Made by a program: the position numbers and the translations under genes. From Lama guanicoe (lineage: Eukaryota): DNA of 64,000 nt. This document shows, one piece after another, positions 12,320 to 26,271 of this stretch. The stretch's first letter is position 1; the number at the start of each line of letters is the position of its first letter. Under the pieces are notes generated by a model. The model was not told where the DNA came from. It searched no databases and was given only the letters and a program-made list of their open reading frames with translations. The stretch is from NCBI GenBank assembly GCA_013239625.1, contig MU053561.1:622826-686825 (forward strand). The letters run 5' to 3'.

Positions 12320-14681
12320 ATTTAATGTCCTGGTGGATCCGAGATCATCGTGGAGCTGACTGATGTCTGAAGAGTCTGCCCATTCTAACCCATAATTCAC
12401 GGCAGTACTTCTGCACTGATATGGCTTTGGGAGGTTGGGAACGTGTTTATGTTATACTGTTGTCCTGATTTGCAAAGATCTGTGTCTTCATTCCTTGTTA
12501 AGAAGCGATCTGTGGGGAATTTGGGCAGTGGGCAGGGAGAAGGTAGTCATGGAGAAGAGAGGCAGTCTCAGGTCTCATCCCTAATCTATAAAAAATATAG
12601 ATTCCTGAATCACGTAACAAAGTATTTTCTTTCCCCCAGTTCTCAGAAATGTAACTTAGTGGCTACTCATATTACGGAATGGAACTTATCAGCTAGACTG
12701 ACCTTTTGCTCAAAATACTTTTTAGCTAGTCTCTGCCCAACATCAGGGAAACAATGAGAGAGCAGTGTGGAAGGAAGGGTTTCCCAAGAAATAGAGAAGA
12801 GGAAGCATAAAAAGCACCTTAATTTCTTTTAATCATCACAGCTACCTCCTTGAGAGAATGTCCACATCCCTTTCCCTACCTAGCAGGGCCGGCAAATGCT
12901 GGGTTCTGATCCTGGAAGGAGGGCAGTCAGTTCTGGGACTGCAACATTCCTCCCCAAGCCTGACTTTTTCTGGCTTGAAGCAACCACCAGTCTAACTCCT
13001 GGTCCCTGGAGAAACTACATTAAACCAAGCACTTGAAGGATTCATTCAGCGTCCTGTGGGGACACAGCAGTAGACCAGGTCTTCAGCACTGCACCGTGAG
13101 GGGATGCTCAGCCTGAACTTCCTCCTAGAGCAGCCTCTGTCCACGTCCCATTTACAGAAGGTGTCTCTGGTCAACTTGGAATTCTCTGGGCTTGATTAAT
13201 TTCAGACAGAGATGTTCTTCATTTAACATTAACTGCACAGTGGAATTACCTGGAGAGATTTAAAAACAAAAACAAAAACAAAAAACCCAAACCAAAAGAG
13301 TGTTCCAGGCATTGATGGATTGGTCTGTGGTCATGTCCAAGTACCTGTGATTTTGCAAAGTCTTCCTAGGCTATTTTAATAGGAATTTAATGGAAATCTC
13401 AACAAGGGTTGAGAAGTCCATAGGACCATTTAAACACTTCCTTTTTTCCTTGGAGATTTTAGTAAGTAAAACTCATAAGCCTCAAATCCTCTCCTAAGAG
13501 GTACAGAGGGCATCTGTCAAATGCCAAGGGGATTGTCACGTGCAGCAGGCTTTTCTGCCTGTCTCCTTTGTTTCGCCTACCTTTCCCACATGCCTTCCCC
13601 AAATAAAGATAATAAGTAAGGCCAAGAAAGTGCCTGCTTTGCTGTTCATCAGACACTGCCCCATGGGCACCGCAGGCTGCCACTGGCCCTTCTGTGTTTG
13701 CCAAACACAGACTGCCTTCCTCCTCTCCTTTCTGATCCTCATTCACTCCGCTCACTTTGCAAAGCAAAATTCCATGTATTTCTTTTTTTCTCAGCTGCCC
13801 CTGGTGGTCAGAGGAACCCACCAGCAGGTCCTCAGCTTGAACTGACTAGCATCGCCCAGTCAGAGCCTCAAGTGCCTGCAGTTCCCTGCTGCCCGCCTGC
13901 ATTTCAAGGTCACCTCTGTTAACCCAAAGCACATTCCAATGGTTTTCAATTTCCAGCTGCCCTGGCGGGATCCTGTTCACAGTCCCTTCTGCACCCATCT
14001 GTGATGAGGTGACCTGGCTCTTCACAGCAGCCAGGATGCTCAGCTTTCGAAACCAAAGAAGTAAGTGACAAGGTGTTTCATGTACCAGATATCCCTGGGC
14101 TTAAGACGGAAAAAGATACCTGTACATGCAGTGCTCAAGCTGGCGTTCCCACGTACATAATTGGAACGGTTTCATCCTGAGTGAAAGGACTGAAAGGTTC
14201 TGGGCCCACCTGTTACTGGAGACTGGATTCAATGGAAGCAGTTCAGTGCAGACAGTTATTCACAGAAGATACTCCTCCTCTGAGATGCCCTCCCTGACCT
14301 ATGAGGGCTGGAGTAGCTCTTCTGCAGAGATGTTCCCCTAATAACCCATATACATTTCTGGTGTCTGGGTGGCCTCTGTTGTGCCCCAAGTCTGTGGCTT
14401 GCTAAGAGCAGAGTCCCTGAGGAATTCACTTCACAGCCGGCCGAGTGGCCGTGTGCTGGCCAGTGCCTGATGCTGGGGTACATGTGTGAGAGAGGGAGAA
14501 GCCCGCATGTCCTAACAGTCCGGAGGGGGAAGGAAAGGCTGTTTTGTTCTCGGCCTAACATCCAACCCAGCTTCCTTGTGGTGAATCATTTTGCAAACTG
14601 TGTAACTTCAAGTGTTTGGCCTGGGGCCGGGGTGGGGGGGTGGCGACAGGCGGGCAGGAGAGAGGAAAGAAGGAACTTCTT

Positions 14682-14837
14682 TTTTTTAATTTTTAAATTT
14701 TTTATTTTTGTGTGGGGAGGTAATTGGGTATATTTATTTATTTATGTATTTTTTAATGGAGGTGCTGAGGATTGAACCGAGGACCTCATGCATGCTAAGC
14801 ACACATTCTACCTCTAAGCTATACCTGCCCCACAAGG
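14682..14837 (-). mobile_element. tRNA-derived SINE (Vic-1-like) with TSD
   Basis: A/B-box head, T-rich tail, flanking direct repeat aggaacttctt at 14671-14681 and 14838-14848. Confidence 0.85.
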
Positions 14838-15749
14838 AGGAACTTCTTAATACCTTCCAGTGTCACACCTGGGCAAGACGGTACCTCCCCAAAGGCTCAG
14901 GATAAAGCAGTTTCTCTGCTGAGGACTGTTGTGACTGTAAGTCTCGGTCACCACCGCTGCAAATCAGGCAGTGTCTGCTTTATCTGGCTTTGTGGTTGGA
15001 GAAGAGGGGCAGTGTGTGACCTTGGAGAGGCTAATGACGTAAGGGACCGCTACGAGATCTGGCTAGACATTTCTTTCGTCAGGAAGTGTCTGAATAGAGT
15101 GGAACTTCGATAGACCAGGACCACCTCAAGGCTTTGGCTGAGGTAGCCCTACTGCCCCCTGGGTTAGCGACATAGTAGGGGTCAGAGACCTGACTTCACA
15201 GCCACAAAAGCTCTGGATGGAGAGAGCCGCTGTCCAACCTTGCTGCGGCCTAGGCTGGGCACTGCAGGTGGACTTGATCTTGGCCTTGTCTTCCAGTGGA
15301 AAGATGCAGGTGTGACATGTAGGGAGAAGACCAAACCAAATAACAAACATGAAGGTTCTTGGAAGGTTTAGGAGCTTGCATCATAGCTCCTGGGAGCCGA
15401 GAAGGGGGAGAGAGGCATTTGCTTGCACGATGACTGTGTTGTCTCCAATTTTCCGTAACGGATGAGGTGCCCGGTGCCAAGAGAGCTGGGGCAGGGCTGG
15501 GAAACTGAGTCCTCAGCCTTGGCTTTGCACAAACAGAAATACTCAAAGAGAGGGCGGTGTTACTGTGCGGGTTAGCTGCAGAAATATGGGGGATGCCGGG
15601 GGAGATGTAGCTGACTCACGGCTCCCCAGTGCTATTGGGATGGACCTTAGACGTGGGCCACAACCTTCATTTTGCAGGTAAGGAAACAGACCCAGGAAAG
15701 TAAGGGGATTTGCCTAACTTTGAAAGCAAAATTGAAAGAGAATCCGGTT

Positions 15750-16026
15750 TTCATTCTTTTTCTTTTTTCTTATTTATTTCCTTTTTTAATTCTTAAGTTT
15801 TATAGAAGTGTAGTCAATTTACAATGTTAGTTTCAGGTGTAGAGCTAAGTGATTCAGTTATACATACACATACATACATATATATGTATTCAGTTTCTTT
15901 TCCATTACAGCTCATTACAAGAAACACGGTTTGAATCCTAGTTGAATATCGTTCCCTGTGCTATATGGTAGGTCCTTGTTGCTTATCTATTTTATATGTA
16001 GTGATGTGTATCTGTTAATCCCAATT
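15750..16026 (-). mobile_element. L1 3'-end fragment
   Basis: tttacaatgttagtttcaggtgta...gattcagttatacat...ttccctgtgctata, typical of a laurasiatherian L1 3' UTR. Confidence 0.75.
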
Positions 16027-16113
16027 TTCTTTTTTGATGGAGGTACTGGGGATTGGACCCAGGACCTCATACATGCTAAGTATGCTGTCTACCACTGAGC
16101 TATACCCTCCCCC
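16027..16113 (-). mobile_element. tRNA-derived SINE (Vic-1-like)
   Basis: ggaggtactggggattggacccagg...accactgagctataccctccccc. Confidence 0.85.
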
Positions 16114-17329
16114 TAGAGTTTTTGTTGTTATTTGAGGAAATGGTCTGCTTCTAAAATGAGCAAATGCTCTCTTCCCTTTGCCCTCCTCTTCCCCCTTCCC
16201 CAGGCCCCCCTCATCCAGCTACCTTCGTTCCTAGCGCCTGCCTGTCAAGGACCCACATTCCATAGAAGATGCAGGCAGCTGATGTGCTGGTTAAGCCTGC
16301 CCTCTGCCCTCTTTCCAAATGTTCTCTCTTATCCCCGCCCCCCAGCTTCCAAATGTGGGGTCCACAGCAGGGCAGTAAGCCAAGCACGGGGCCAGGAGTG
16401 GGGGAGCGTGTCACTATGTAGTGACTTCACACTTGCGCTGGTGTGAGGAGGAATTTAGGTCCCGGCCGACGAGAAAGAAGGCTACTCCTACCTTAACAGC
16501 CAGGGTCCACACGGGGATGGTGATGGGGCCAGCAGCCCACCTTGCACCCACTCCTGTCGCCAGCACCTGTTTGGAGGAAGGGCTGACTTTGTGGGTGTAG
16601 GTTCTTCTGTTTCTCATGGAAAGACTGAGCTCTTAACTAGTGGGGAGCTTCAAGTCTCCAGAACAGACTGGTGACTGTTCCAGAGTTTGCAGCTGACCCC
16701 AGAGCCCCCTGCCTTTGGTGATAGAGTGGCCAATCCACTTTTTGTCGGTCCTCCCCCTGCCGCCCTCTCCAGCCCCATGTCGTCATAATGAGCCTCTTTC
16801 ACGCTTTGAAACTCCCAAGTCCATTCCGTGTCCAGACCCTTGGGATCCTGGGCCACGAGAAAAGAAAAGGACTCCCCGCAAACTTCCCCAGAATCCCTTG
16901 GGTGCTTTAAGAAGCCCTGACTGTAACCAGAGGATTGAGAAGTCCTCACCTCGAGTCACGTAAGAGAGTGGGAGAGTTTCTTCGGAAGTCAGTTTTTAGA
17001 AATAGAACTTCCTTATTTTTGTAGTATAAAAACTGTCTGGGCACAGCATTGTTTCAGGTTGTACATCTGGTTTCCAGTCCCCTGAAAATCCTAGCAGCTA
17101 GGTTTTGCCTTCATAGAAGTCCCTCCCCTCTTACGTTCTCTCCGTGCACTCGTCACTCATTTCCTCTTCATAGAATGCAAATGAATTCATTCGTCCACCC
17201 CTTACCCCGAATGTTCTTTGTCCTTCCTTCTGCCTCCCTGACTCCCTTTGCTCCCCATCTCAGCCATTCAGTTGTTTGTTTGCATGCTGCCTGTCTGTCT
17301 CTTCATCCACCCATCCGTCTGGCCATCCG

Positions 17330-18050
17330 TGTGTCCACTTTTTGTCAGGCACAGGACCAGGCACTGGGGACCCAGAGATGAAATGGTGAGTTCCTGCCCC
17401 TCCAGGATATGATAGTGTAGCCAGGGAGGCCGAACACGTACATAGCACTTAGATACGCACCAGGTGCAGGGGCGATAAATTGGGAAGCTCGGGAGGGTGA
17501 ATAAGGAGGTGAGAAGGATGTGGCGGCAGGAGAGGTGGGCGGGGGAGCTGTACGCAGAGGGAGCACCACGCGTTGGCATGGGCGTGTGTTAAAGCGTGAT
17601 GTACGCTGGCGGCCCTCGGCACTGGCCTCCTGTTGGCGCAGAGTGGGGGAATCCGGAGACAGGGCAGGGATCGGTGGAATTCAGTCTGGAGAGGCAGGCA
17701 GGGGCTCGATCTTGAGAGGCTTTATACATTGTCCTAAGACACTCAGGGCTATCCTAAAGGGCCGAGGGGCCCCACTGAATGGTCTTGAGGAAGGGAGTGA
17801 CGTGGTCAGACTTTATGTTGGATGGACAACTCCCCCAACACTGCGGAGAATGAATTTCCTGATTCTCCGAGGCAGGGAGGCAACGCAAGAGGTGTGAGGA
17901 AACCAGGCTGCGTTACTAGGGAGGGAGAAGACACCCTCGGGAGGTGTTTTGGAGGTGAAATGGGGAGGGCCGAATGATAGGCTGGAAGGAGAGTGGGGGA
18001 AGGGCATCTAGGTTTCTGGCTTCAGAAAGTGGGTGCATGGGGTGCAGTGG
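17330..18050 (+). mobile_element. Degraded L2 LINE fragment
   Basis: Purine-rich L2-like motifs (gcactggggac...cctgccctcca, gaagggagtgacgtggtcagac, ctaggtttctggcttca). Confidence 0.5.
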
Positions 18051-18156
18051 TCACACTCAGGCATTGCCTAAAGTAACGCCCATTCTGCCTCAGACGGGCC
18101 TCAGCTGCCCCATGTCCCCTTTGTCAACACTACATAAATCAGGCCTTGATTTCTAG

Positions 18157-18293
18157 TCTTTTTTTAAAAATTTTTTTCAGAGGGGAGGTAATTAGGTTTG
18201 TTTATTTATTTTTCTAATGGAGGTACTGGAGATCAAACCCAGGGCCTTGTGCATCCTAAGCACACACTCTACCACCGAGCTCTACCCGCCCCC
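18157..18293 (-). mobile_element. tRNA-derived SINE (Vic-1-like)
   Basis: Same head and ggggaggtaattagg...tttattt tail as other copies. Confidence 0.8.
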
Positions 18294-21200
18294 TGTTGCC
18301 TAGATTCTTGAAGTATCCTCCTGACCTCTCCCAGTCCACACTGCTGCCAAAGTCATCTTTCAGGAACAGCCAAACAAGAATCTTCAGCAGTGTCCCACAA
18401 CATAGCGAGTAATCTCCAAGTTCTTCAGCGGTGACTATCAATATTTGCTGCTAGAGGGGACATGGAGACAGGCTCCTTGTTCTTAAACAGCCTAATTTTC
18501 CAGAGAAGGTGGGGCATGTTACATGTGAAGTAGTTAAAAGTTCAAATGTCTTTGGAAGGGGAAAGAAGGAAGGAAGCAAAGTGTCTCCTAGAGGTGACCC
18601 AAGGTGACCCCGGTCTTTCCCTATCATGTTTTTCCAGGTGTGTCTCCCATCCTCTCCTGCACCTGCGCTCTCTGGTCTGTCCACACTGGTCACAGAGTTG
18701 CCTGAAAATGATTCCCCTTTCCCACCACGCTGTCTTTCCTGACTCCATCGCCTCTGCCTGGAACACATTCCCACGCATATCTGCCCATTGAAATCCCACC
18801 CATTGTCAATATCCAGCCCAAATGCAAGGGCTCCACCGAGTCCCTGACCCAGATGGGATCCCCAGGAAGCACGTGATCTCTCTGATGGATCTTGGTACAT
18901 TTTACTGTGTACAGCACTTACCACGCCTCATCTGCCCCCGCAAGACAGGAGCAGAGATGGGAAACTGGAAGCCCTGGGGGTCAGTCCAGCCCGCAGGTGT
19001 ACTTTGTGAGTTTGAACTCTTATTTTTTAATCAAAATTAATTTATGAAAAAGTTATAACCTGTACAGAAAAGTACAGAATACGTTATCATCAATACTCGG
19101 AACCTATAGCCGAGAATGAATAGACGGCCTCCAATACCTCACCACCCGTTTTTTAAGGAACAAAACATTACACATACAATTTAGGCACTAGCCCACGCCA
19201 TCCCGTTCCCAGGGCTGGTCTTCACACTGTTTTTCAAATTTAGAATTAGTTGACAGTATTTAGAAATCAAAAGATTTCACATAAAAAAAATGGGAAGTTT
19301 TGCTTTCCTTGAAGGGTCAGCAGATCTGGTAACCTGGGGAATATTCCCACAGGAATCGGCAGGGGCTCTGCCGCAGCTGCCCCCCTGAGGCATGCCACAC
19401 TCCCCACCGCTCCCTAAGGCCTCTTAGCTCTAGCTTGCCTCACCTATACGCATGGGTGTCTGGCTCCTGCAGGCGTGTGAGTTTGCCATCTTCATGTAAA
19501 ATCTTTAAAGTCAAAAAGCCTTTTCACTGCTGGAACTGAACCACTAAACAGCTGGGTGACCCTGAGTAAGTTATTAACCTCTCTGTGTCTCCATTTCCTC
19601 ATATGTCAAATTAGGATAATAAGAGTACTATTGTCACGTACAGCTAGATGTGGCTTGGAATTCAGATTTCTTTTTGATCTTAAGTGTATCTATCATATAC
19701 TACAGAACACCCCCAGCAGGATCCAGGTTAGCATCTTGTAATTAAACACCCTGAAATTTCTGCAGGAAAAAAGCATGGCTATTCACATGCAGTACCATAC
19801 ACAGTTAAATTGCGTCATCTGTTTTAGGGTGGGCCCAGCTGCCTAGAACAGTCAGGTCCTCTGGGATGAGGCGGGCCCCAATCCCAGACCCAGGCCGGCG
19901 CGGCTTCCTTCTTCCCTCCGAGCCTCTGCTGCCCCCGTGTGGTTCTCCCTATGCAGTGCACCCCCGGGCTCGTGTGTGGGAGCTCAGATGGCCCCGTGCT
20001 TTATTCTGTGCAGGCATTAAGCATGGCTGACTCGTTGGCCAAAACATTCCCAGGTTTTCATGCTTATTCAGTTGAGACCAACAGCTGGTCAGATCCCCTC
20101 CCCTCTTTCTCCGCGCACGCCAACCCAATGAAGTGGTTTATAGGTGTGGGGCTTCACCAGGCTGAAAATATGACTGATGGGAATTTGATCCAGACTCCAC
20201 CACCCTTGTTTCCTTCCTTCCCTGTTGGCACAGACATATGGAGGCGTGCACACCTTACAAGACTGGACAGATGCTGCCTCCTGTGTTTTGCGTAGTGGAG
20301 GATGGCAGCAAGAGAGGGTTTCATTTCTCATCTCACCCCACTCCCGTGGGACGACTCCACCCGGATCTTGGGGTGCTGACCCTTCGTCCCTTGGGGTTTC
20401 GAAGGTGACAGAAACCTGTCTGTCTGGGTCAGAGCATTCTTTTCCTTTCTTCTTAACAGTGAATGCTTAAACTATCTCCTTTGTGATAATTCAGTTGAAT
20501 TCATGATCCATTAATTCCAAGCAAGAAAGAGGCCATCTTGATGTTGGCTGTGATTCTTGTGTGACGGTGGCTCATACAGATGACAACACCCTCGTCTGGA
20601 GGGAGACAGAGCCCATCTCCCACACTCTGACCCCCACAGCCACCTCGTCACCTGCTTCAGGTCACATGGTCCTTGTTGGCCTGACAGTATCTCTTTTGGC
20701 TGTTGGTCCTCCGTTTAGTTAATGAATGTGTCATCACTTACGTCCCCAAAGTTGTCTTGATTGGCCTCTTTCTCTTAGGGGAGTTGAGCAGGATGAGGGG
20801 ACCAGTGACTAAGGGGAAGATGGAGGGAAGGGACAGAGGCTAAGGAGGTGGAGGGATAAGGGCAGAGAGCATGAAGGGTGAGGGAGGGACGGGGAGAAGG
20901 AATGAGGAGGAGCACAAGTTAAGCCTGGAGGTGTGACGGAGTAGACCTCTACTTCTGGGGCTGAGCAGGAGACAAATGTTTGAGGGAGCTCACCCAAGTT
21001 CCCTCTACTTTCCTAGGAACCCATGGTGTGGCTTCATTGTGTGATTTGAAAGCTTGGAATACAGGCTTATGAGTTGCCAGAGTCGCCAACACACAAGTAC
21101 CCAGGAGTATTCTAGAGATCTTCAAGGACAGTGGCATTGGCAGTGAGGCTGGCTGCCTCTCTGCTTCTCCCTTGCCCAGCGGACAAGGGTATGAACACCT

Positions 21201-21749
21201 CTCAGATTCCCCCAAGGGGTTCTCCTTGGTCCTAGGGAGTCTCTTGCACAGGACCAGGCAGGAGGTAGGTGACCCAAGGGAGCTGGGCTCTCCCAAGGAT
21301 CAGCACCCCATGCTCCAGTGCTCCGCTGCACCCCCGACAAACCTATCCACCACCCCTCCCCACTTTGCTGTAAATTTTGGGCAGTTCAGGCTACACGATT
21401 CAGTGGGGAGATAAGGGGTTTCAAGTCAGTTGATCTGGATTAAATGTCCTGGTCACCTACCAGTTAGTGTGACTGTGAACAAATTTCCTTATTCATAAAA
21501 GGACATAGTAACCCCTGGCCCCTAGGTTTCTGGTGAGGGTTAAAGAAGTGATGCATGTCCGTCATCTGTGACACGCCTGAAACATAGTAGGTGCTTAATT
21601 GATCCTAGTTTCCCCTCCGGATGCTTCTGCCCACCCCAGTTCCATGCTGCTTTCCTAAGTAGGAGATGGTGACACCTGGAAACAGAGGGGAAAGGAAAAA
21701 GCATATATTCACATAAACCACAACTTCCTCCTGATAAGCCATTAAAACA

Positions 21750-21755
21750 TTTATT
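21750..21755 (-). terminator. HSD3B1: Poly(A) signal AATAAA of HSD3B
   Basis: Canonical hexamer ~380 nt downstream of the stop codon on the minus strand. Confidence 0.7.
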
Positions 21756-22135
21756 TTCATTGAGCTGTGTGAAGGAATACGAACTTTCAAAAGAAATGCT
21801 TTTGCATTTACCAAAGGAAATGGAACCAACAGGCAAAACTCTCAGTGAAAAGTAGCCCAAACAGCTCAGAATTAGCAACTGAGACTTTAGGACCAGCAAC
21901 GACAGCAAATCACCTTGTCTGTCCTCTAAAGAGCAGGTAGGGCAGAAATCTCCTGGCGGGGCCAGTGGCTGGGAAGGTTTCTGGTGGCGGGAGTGAGACA
22001 GTAAGATGGCCATCTTGTAAAAGGGAGGCTGTAGTATCCGGGCCTGTGTCTGTGTTACTCTCTGTAGGAAGCCGGAAGGAGAGAGCTTGACAGACATCTA
22101 GCAATATGCACATCCACATTGTCGTCGCCCCCAGA

Positions 22136-22947
22136 TCAGTGAGTCTTTGTTTTCAAGGTCTCCCTGTGCTGTCTCACCAGGGAGCCAACCCATTCCGTGG
22201 TATTCTGGCTGGCTTCCTCCCACGTGAAGAGGGGTTCATACCCCAGATCACGCTGAGCTTTTTTATAGGAGAAGGTGAACACACTGTTTGACAGTGTCAC
22301 GAGGTGGCGGCTGAAGGTGGGCTTGTATTTGTAAATTGGACTAAGCAAGAAGCCCACCATTTCCAGCAGGAAGGCAAGCCAGTACTGCAGAGAAACAGGA
22401 AGTTTCATTCTGGAATCAAGCCGGAAGCCCCAGTCTTTGCTCAAAGCATAATTGAGGTCATCATAGCTTTGGTGAGGCGTGTCGTCTGAGATGTAGTAGA
22501 ACCGTCCTTGGATGCTTGGGGCCTTTCTGGGGTCCCGCAGGGCCCTCAAGGCCAGAATATGGGCCCAGGCCACATTGCCAACATAAACTGGGTTGACGAC
22601 GGAGAACCTGCAGTAATTTGTCAGCATGCCATTGTTCTTCAGGGCACTGTCCATGTAGCCAAAAAGGAAGGGGCTCCCCTCCCCATAGATATACATGGGC
22701 CGTAAGGAGCAAGTGTACAAAGTGCCACCGTTCTTAAGAGCGCACCCATTAGCTTCCAGCACAGCCTTCTCAGCAAGCTTTTTGCTTTGTGGATATGGAG
22801 CACGCCATCGGCTTTCGAGTTGCTCTTCTTCGTGGCCATTCTGGATGACCTCTTTGTAGGAGTTGGGCCCAGCCACCTCTATGGTGCTGGTATAGATGAA
22901 GATGGGCACACTCGCCTGAACACAGGCCTCCAACAGGAGCTGGGTAC
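22136..22947 (-). CDS. HSD3B1: 3-beta-HSD/delta5-delta4 isomerase, last coding exon (812 nt)
   Basis: Acceptor gggcag|[17 protein letters not shown]..., catalytic Y155-x-x-x-K159 (YPQSK), [22 protein letters not shown] at 22138-22136. Confidence 0.95.
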
Positions 22948-23460
22948 CTGCCCACGGGGAGCACACCATCAGTGTCAGGAGATAGCCCAGAGCCAGCCGT
23001 GCCCGGAGGCCAAGTCTGCCTCTCACCCCGCAGCCGGGTGGTTATTGCAGAACAGGAGTGCATTTGTCTGTGTCTCTGGCTGAGATGTGACCATGCTATG
23101 GCCATAGGACAAAAGGCAAAAATGAAAAGGGACCAAGACTTGGGTTCTAGAGAGCAAGCATTTCTAAGCTTTTGGGTTTCATGGACCTGCATAAGAATGT
23201 TTAATTTTGGAGAAGGATGGAGAGGTGCCACTTTTTATTTTGCAGAGTAAGGAGATTTAAAAATGCTCATTTTTCACCTCTACCACCTCATTAAAGACAG
23301 ACTATCTTAAATAAGAAAATCAGGAGGCCAGCCTCTTGGAATATAGACAATTCTAGCTTTTAGGCAAAAGAAGACAGTTGAAGGACTCACATGCACACAC
23401 AGAGTTGTGTATATGTATATAGGTAATATACATTCTTAAATATACACTGAATTGTTCGTA

Positions 23461-23580
<120 letters not shown>

Positions 23581-23835
23581 AGACCAATAAAAACGTCCCA
23601 AGGACCCTTTCTGAGTCACTGTGCAAATGATTGGTGGGTTCTGGGGAGAAGCTAGAGATCCAGACTCTGTTTCTGTGTGTTCCCTACAAAGGCCACTCCT
23701 AATTCTGGCTGTGACTCTGTTTACCCAGGTAGGAAAAGCGGGAAGGCGTGGGTGGGTGATAAGCCTTTTTACTTAGCGTTCTAGAGCCCTGCGCGGGCTT
23801 TGTATGTTGAGCCTGGTGAAGAACCAGAGGGGAGT

Positions 23836-23849
23836 GCGCCCTCTGCTGG
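23836..23849 (-). promoter_or_regulatory. CTCF consensus motif (reverse) in HSD3B intron 3
   Basis: Minus strand CCAGCAGAGGGCGC, embedded in a local CpG cluster (~23730-23960). Confidence 0.6.
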
Positions 23850-25414
23850 TAATATCTATAATGGGGGGACCTGGCCGAATCCCCTGAGCCGGCGAGCATT
23901 TTAGCTCGTGGAGGTAGTCTAGAGTGCCTTTCCGACAAGAAGGAAGGAATTTCCCGGCAAAGCACAGTTTTTTGGGTGGTATTTTGAAAAAAAAATCCCT
24001 TTTAAAGCCTTTGTCCAATTTGATTTTCAGGAGGACAAGATTCATTTTTTCTTTTTCATTAAATCTAGAAGCAGAGAAACTTTGGAGCTAATTCACCTGC
24101 AGAGAGGGAAATGACCATCACTGGGATGTATTTTCTAAACCTGGGAGCAATACTACTTTTAGTCAACAGCGGCCTCTAACATTTCCGAGGGATTTCAAAT
24201 GCCCTGTTGCTGGCAGCTCTATAGAGTAGAAATTATGAGAAGGGGGCCTGAAAACTAAAAACTGGTTAATCTTAGCACCTTCCTGGCAGCAATCAGGGGT
24301 GATCAGGGGTGTGGCTAAGTAGAAACTAGAAAGGGTCTTTTCTTTTTTTTTTTTTTGAGATTGTTCTATTTTAGGCTGGAGATGCAAAAGCAATGAGTTG
24401 CTTTAGAAAAGGAGTCTCTGAGTAGACCAACTCCGGTGGGCAGGGCGTGGAAGACACATGGGCTGGGGGCTGGGGTGCTGTGGTCCTAGAGAGGCTGGCT
24501 CCCAGGGATCAGAGGGATGATACTACAGAGCAAGTTAATAAGGGGTTTAAACTAATCCCTGGAGTGAATGTGTCTAGATTTAAAGTAGATTGGAAAGCCA
24601 CAATTCAGAAAGAGCCACCAAGCACTGAAGGGATGAGGATTAAGGAGGGTGTCCTTGGGGCTCCTGGCTAGAACTACTCTTCAATAGTAGACCTGGCAGT
24701 GAGCTGAGGGGACGCTGTTATGGATAATGGGAAACTATTCTTGTTTAGAAAATATTATGGGAAGGCTAGTGCTGGATAATTCTGTACTGCCAGGCCACTG
24801 TGAACCAGCTTTGCTAGTTCTCCTGGGAGGAATCCCCGGGAGCTGAGCTAGAGGTCTCTGGTCCTCTTACCCTTGGGGGTCCTGTGCAGGAAATCCTGCC
24901 TGAAGGGAGCCAGCCTGGAGCTGTGGCCCGTCGCTCCTGACTTGGAGGCACCTCCTATCACAAAGCTCTTAGTTCTTGGCCGTAGCGTGACCACCCGCTT
25001 CTAGCCACACAGAAGGGTTAATGTTCTGACCAAGGAAGTACTTGGAAGGTCTGGTTCCAGCCCAGGGGAGGCAGGAGGTGGCTGGAGAACAGGAGTTTGA
25101 GGTTGGAGTTTAGTCCACACTTAATTGGAGCAGCAGAAGAAAGAGCTTTCATGGCCTTTGGAGCCACACAGGTGTGGGTTTAAATTCTCTCTCACTACCC
25201 CTAGGGCCTTGGACATGTTGTTTAGCCCTCCCAGCCCTAGTTTACTCATCTGAAAAAACTGAGGATGCAGGCCCTGAATCTCTGTTGGAGGTGACCAGCA
25301 GAAGCACTTGGCGCCCGCTCGGCAGGGGTTCAACCAGCTTCCCTTCCCTTCCTCATCCTGGCTTCTGCCCCTCGCTGGCCCACCTCGCTCCATCTCCTCC
25401 CCGGGACCCTGTAC

Positions 25415-25579
25415 CTTTCACGTTGATGTTCATGATGGTCTCTTGCTGCACGGCATTCACGACGTCAATGATGGCCGCCGTGTGGATGACCACCGAGATG
25501 CCCTGGCAGGCGTCCTTCAGGCACTGCTTATCCAGAATGTCTCCCTCCAGCATGGTCAGCTTGATCTTGCTCTGGAGCT
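25415..25579 (-). CDS. HSD3B1: 3-beta-HSD middle coding exon (165 nt)
   Basis: cacag|AGCTCCAG ... GTGAAAG|gtacag; [17 protein letters not shown]...[10 protein letters not shown]...NVK. Confidence 0.95.
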
Positions 25580-26271
25580 CTGTGTGAACATGAGTCTAGT
25601 CACTGGAAGGCTTTCCAGACCTGGAAGTTTCCTGATAAAGGTGGCATTTTACCCAGGTCTTCAGGGACAGGTAGATTGAGGGGAAGAGGGGCGCGGAAGG
25701 GGGGACATCCCATGGAAGGAACAAGTCAACCAGGGCACAGAAATCAGAATGTGTAGCATTTCTGGAGAAAGAGCCAACATCTCTTTCCACCCCATCTCTT
25801 TCCAAAAAAAAGAGTTGAAGCAGTGAGGAGCCAAGAGTGCCTGAAACACAAAATCATTGAAGACACTCATGAGGAGTTCATACAATATATTAAGGAGACA
25901 GTCTGAATTGAATTTGGAAGGGAATGAGAAATCGTGTATGGAGAAATGTGGACAGAGTTGTGAAGGAAGCTAACCCTGGCTGCGGTCTTACAAAGCAGAT
26001 CAGTGTCAGGGGGCAGAAGAGAAAGCACGGTGATCACGAGATTAATTGGACCGTCTGCACCACAGTTCACAGGAGGAGGGATGGAACCCAGGGTCCAGCA
26101 GTGGGAGCTGAGAAGGGGAGACACACACAAGGTTCGACTTTCAGACCTTATCTTGACAGGTCCTGGTTCTTATTGGAGATGAGCTGAGAGGAAGAGGAAG
26201 AGTGAAAGGCAGCCTGAGTTTTTCCAGCCTGAGTGATCAGGAGGATAGTGGTGCTTATTAACAGGAATTTA

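Noticed and set aside
22948..23026. N-terminal extension [11 protein letters not shown]... of the 296-aa HSD3B ORF
   Set aside because: Intronic; the true exon starts at the acceptor at 22947 and joins the upstream exons to give 373 aa
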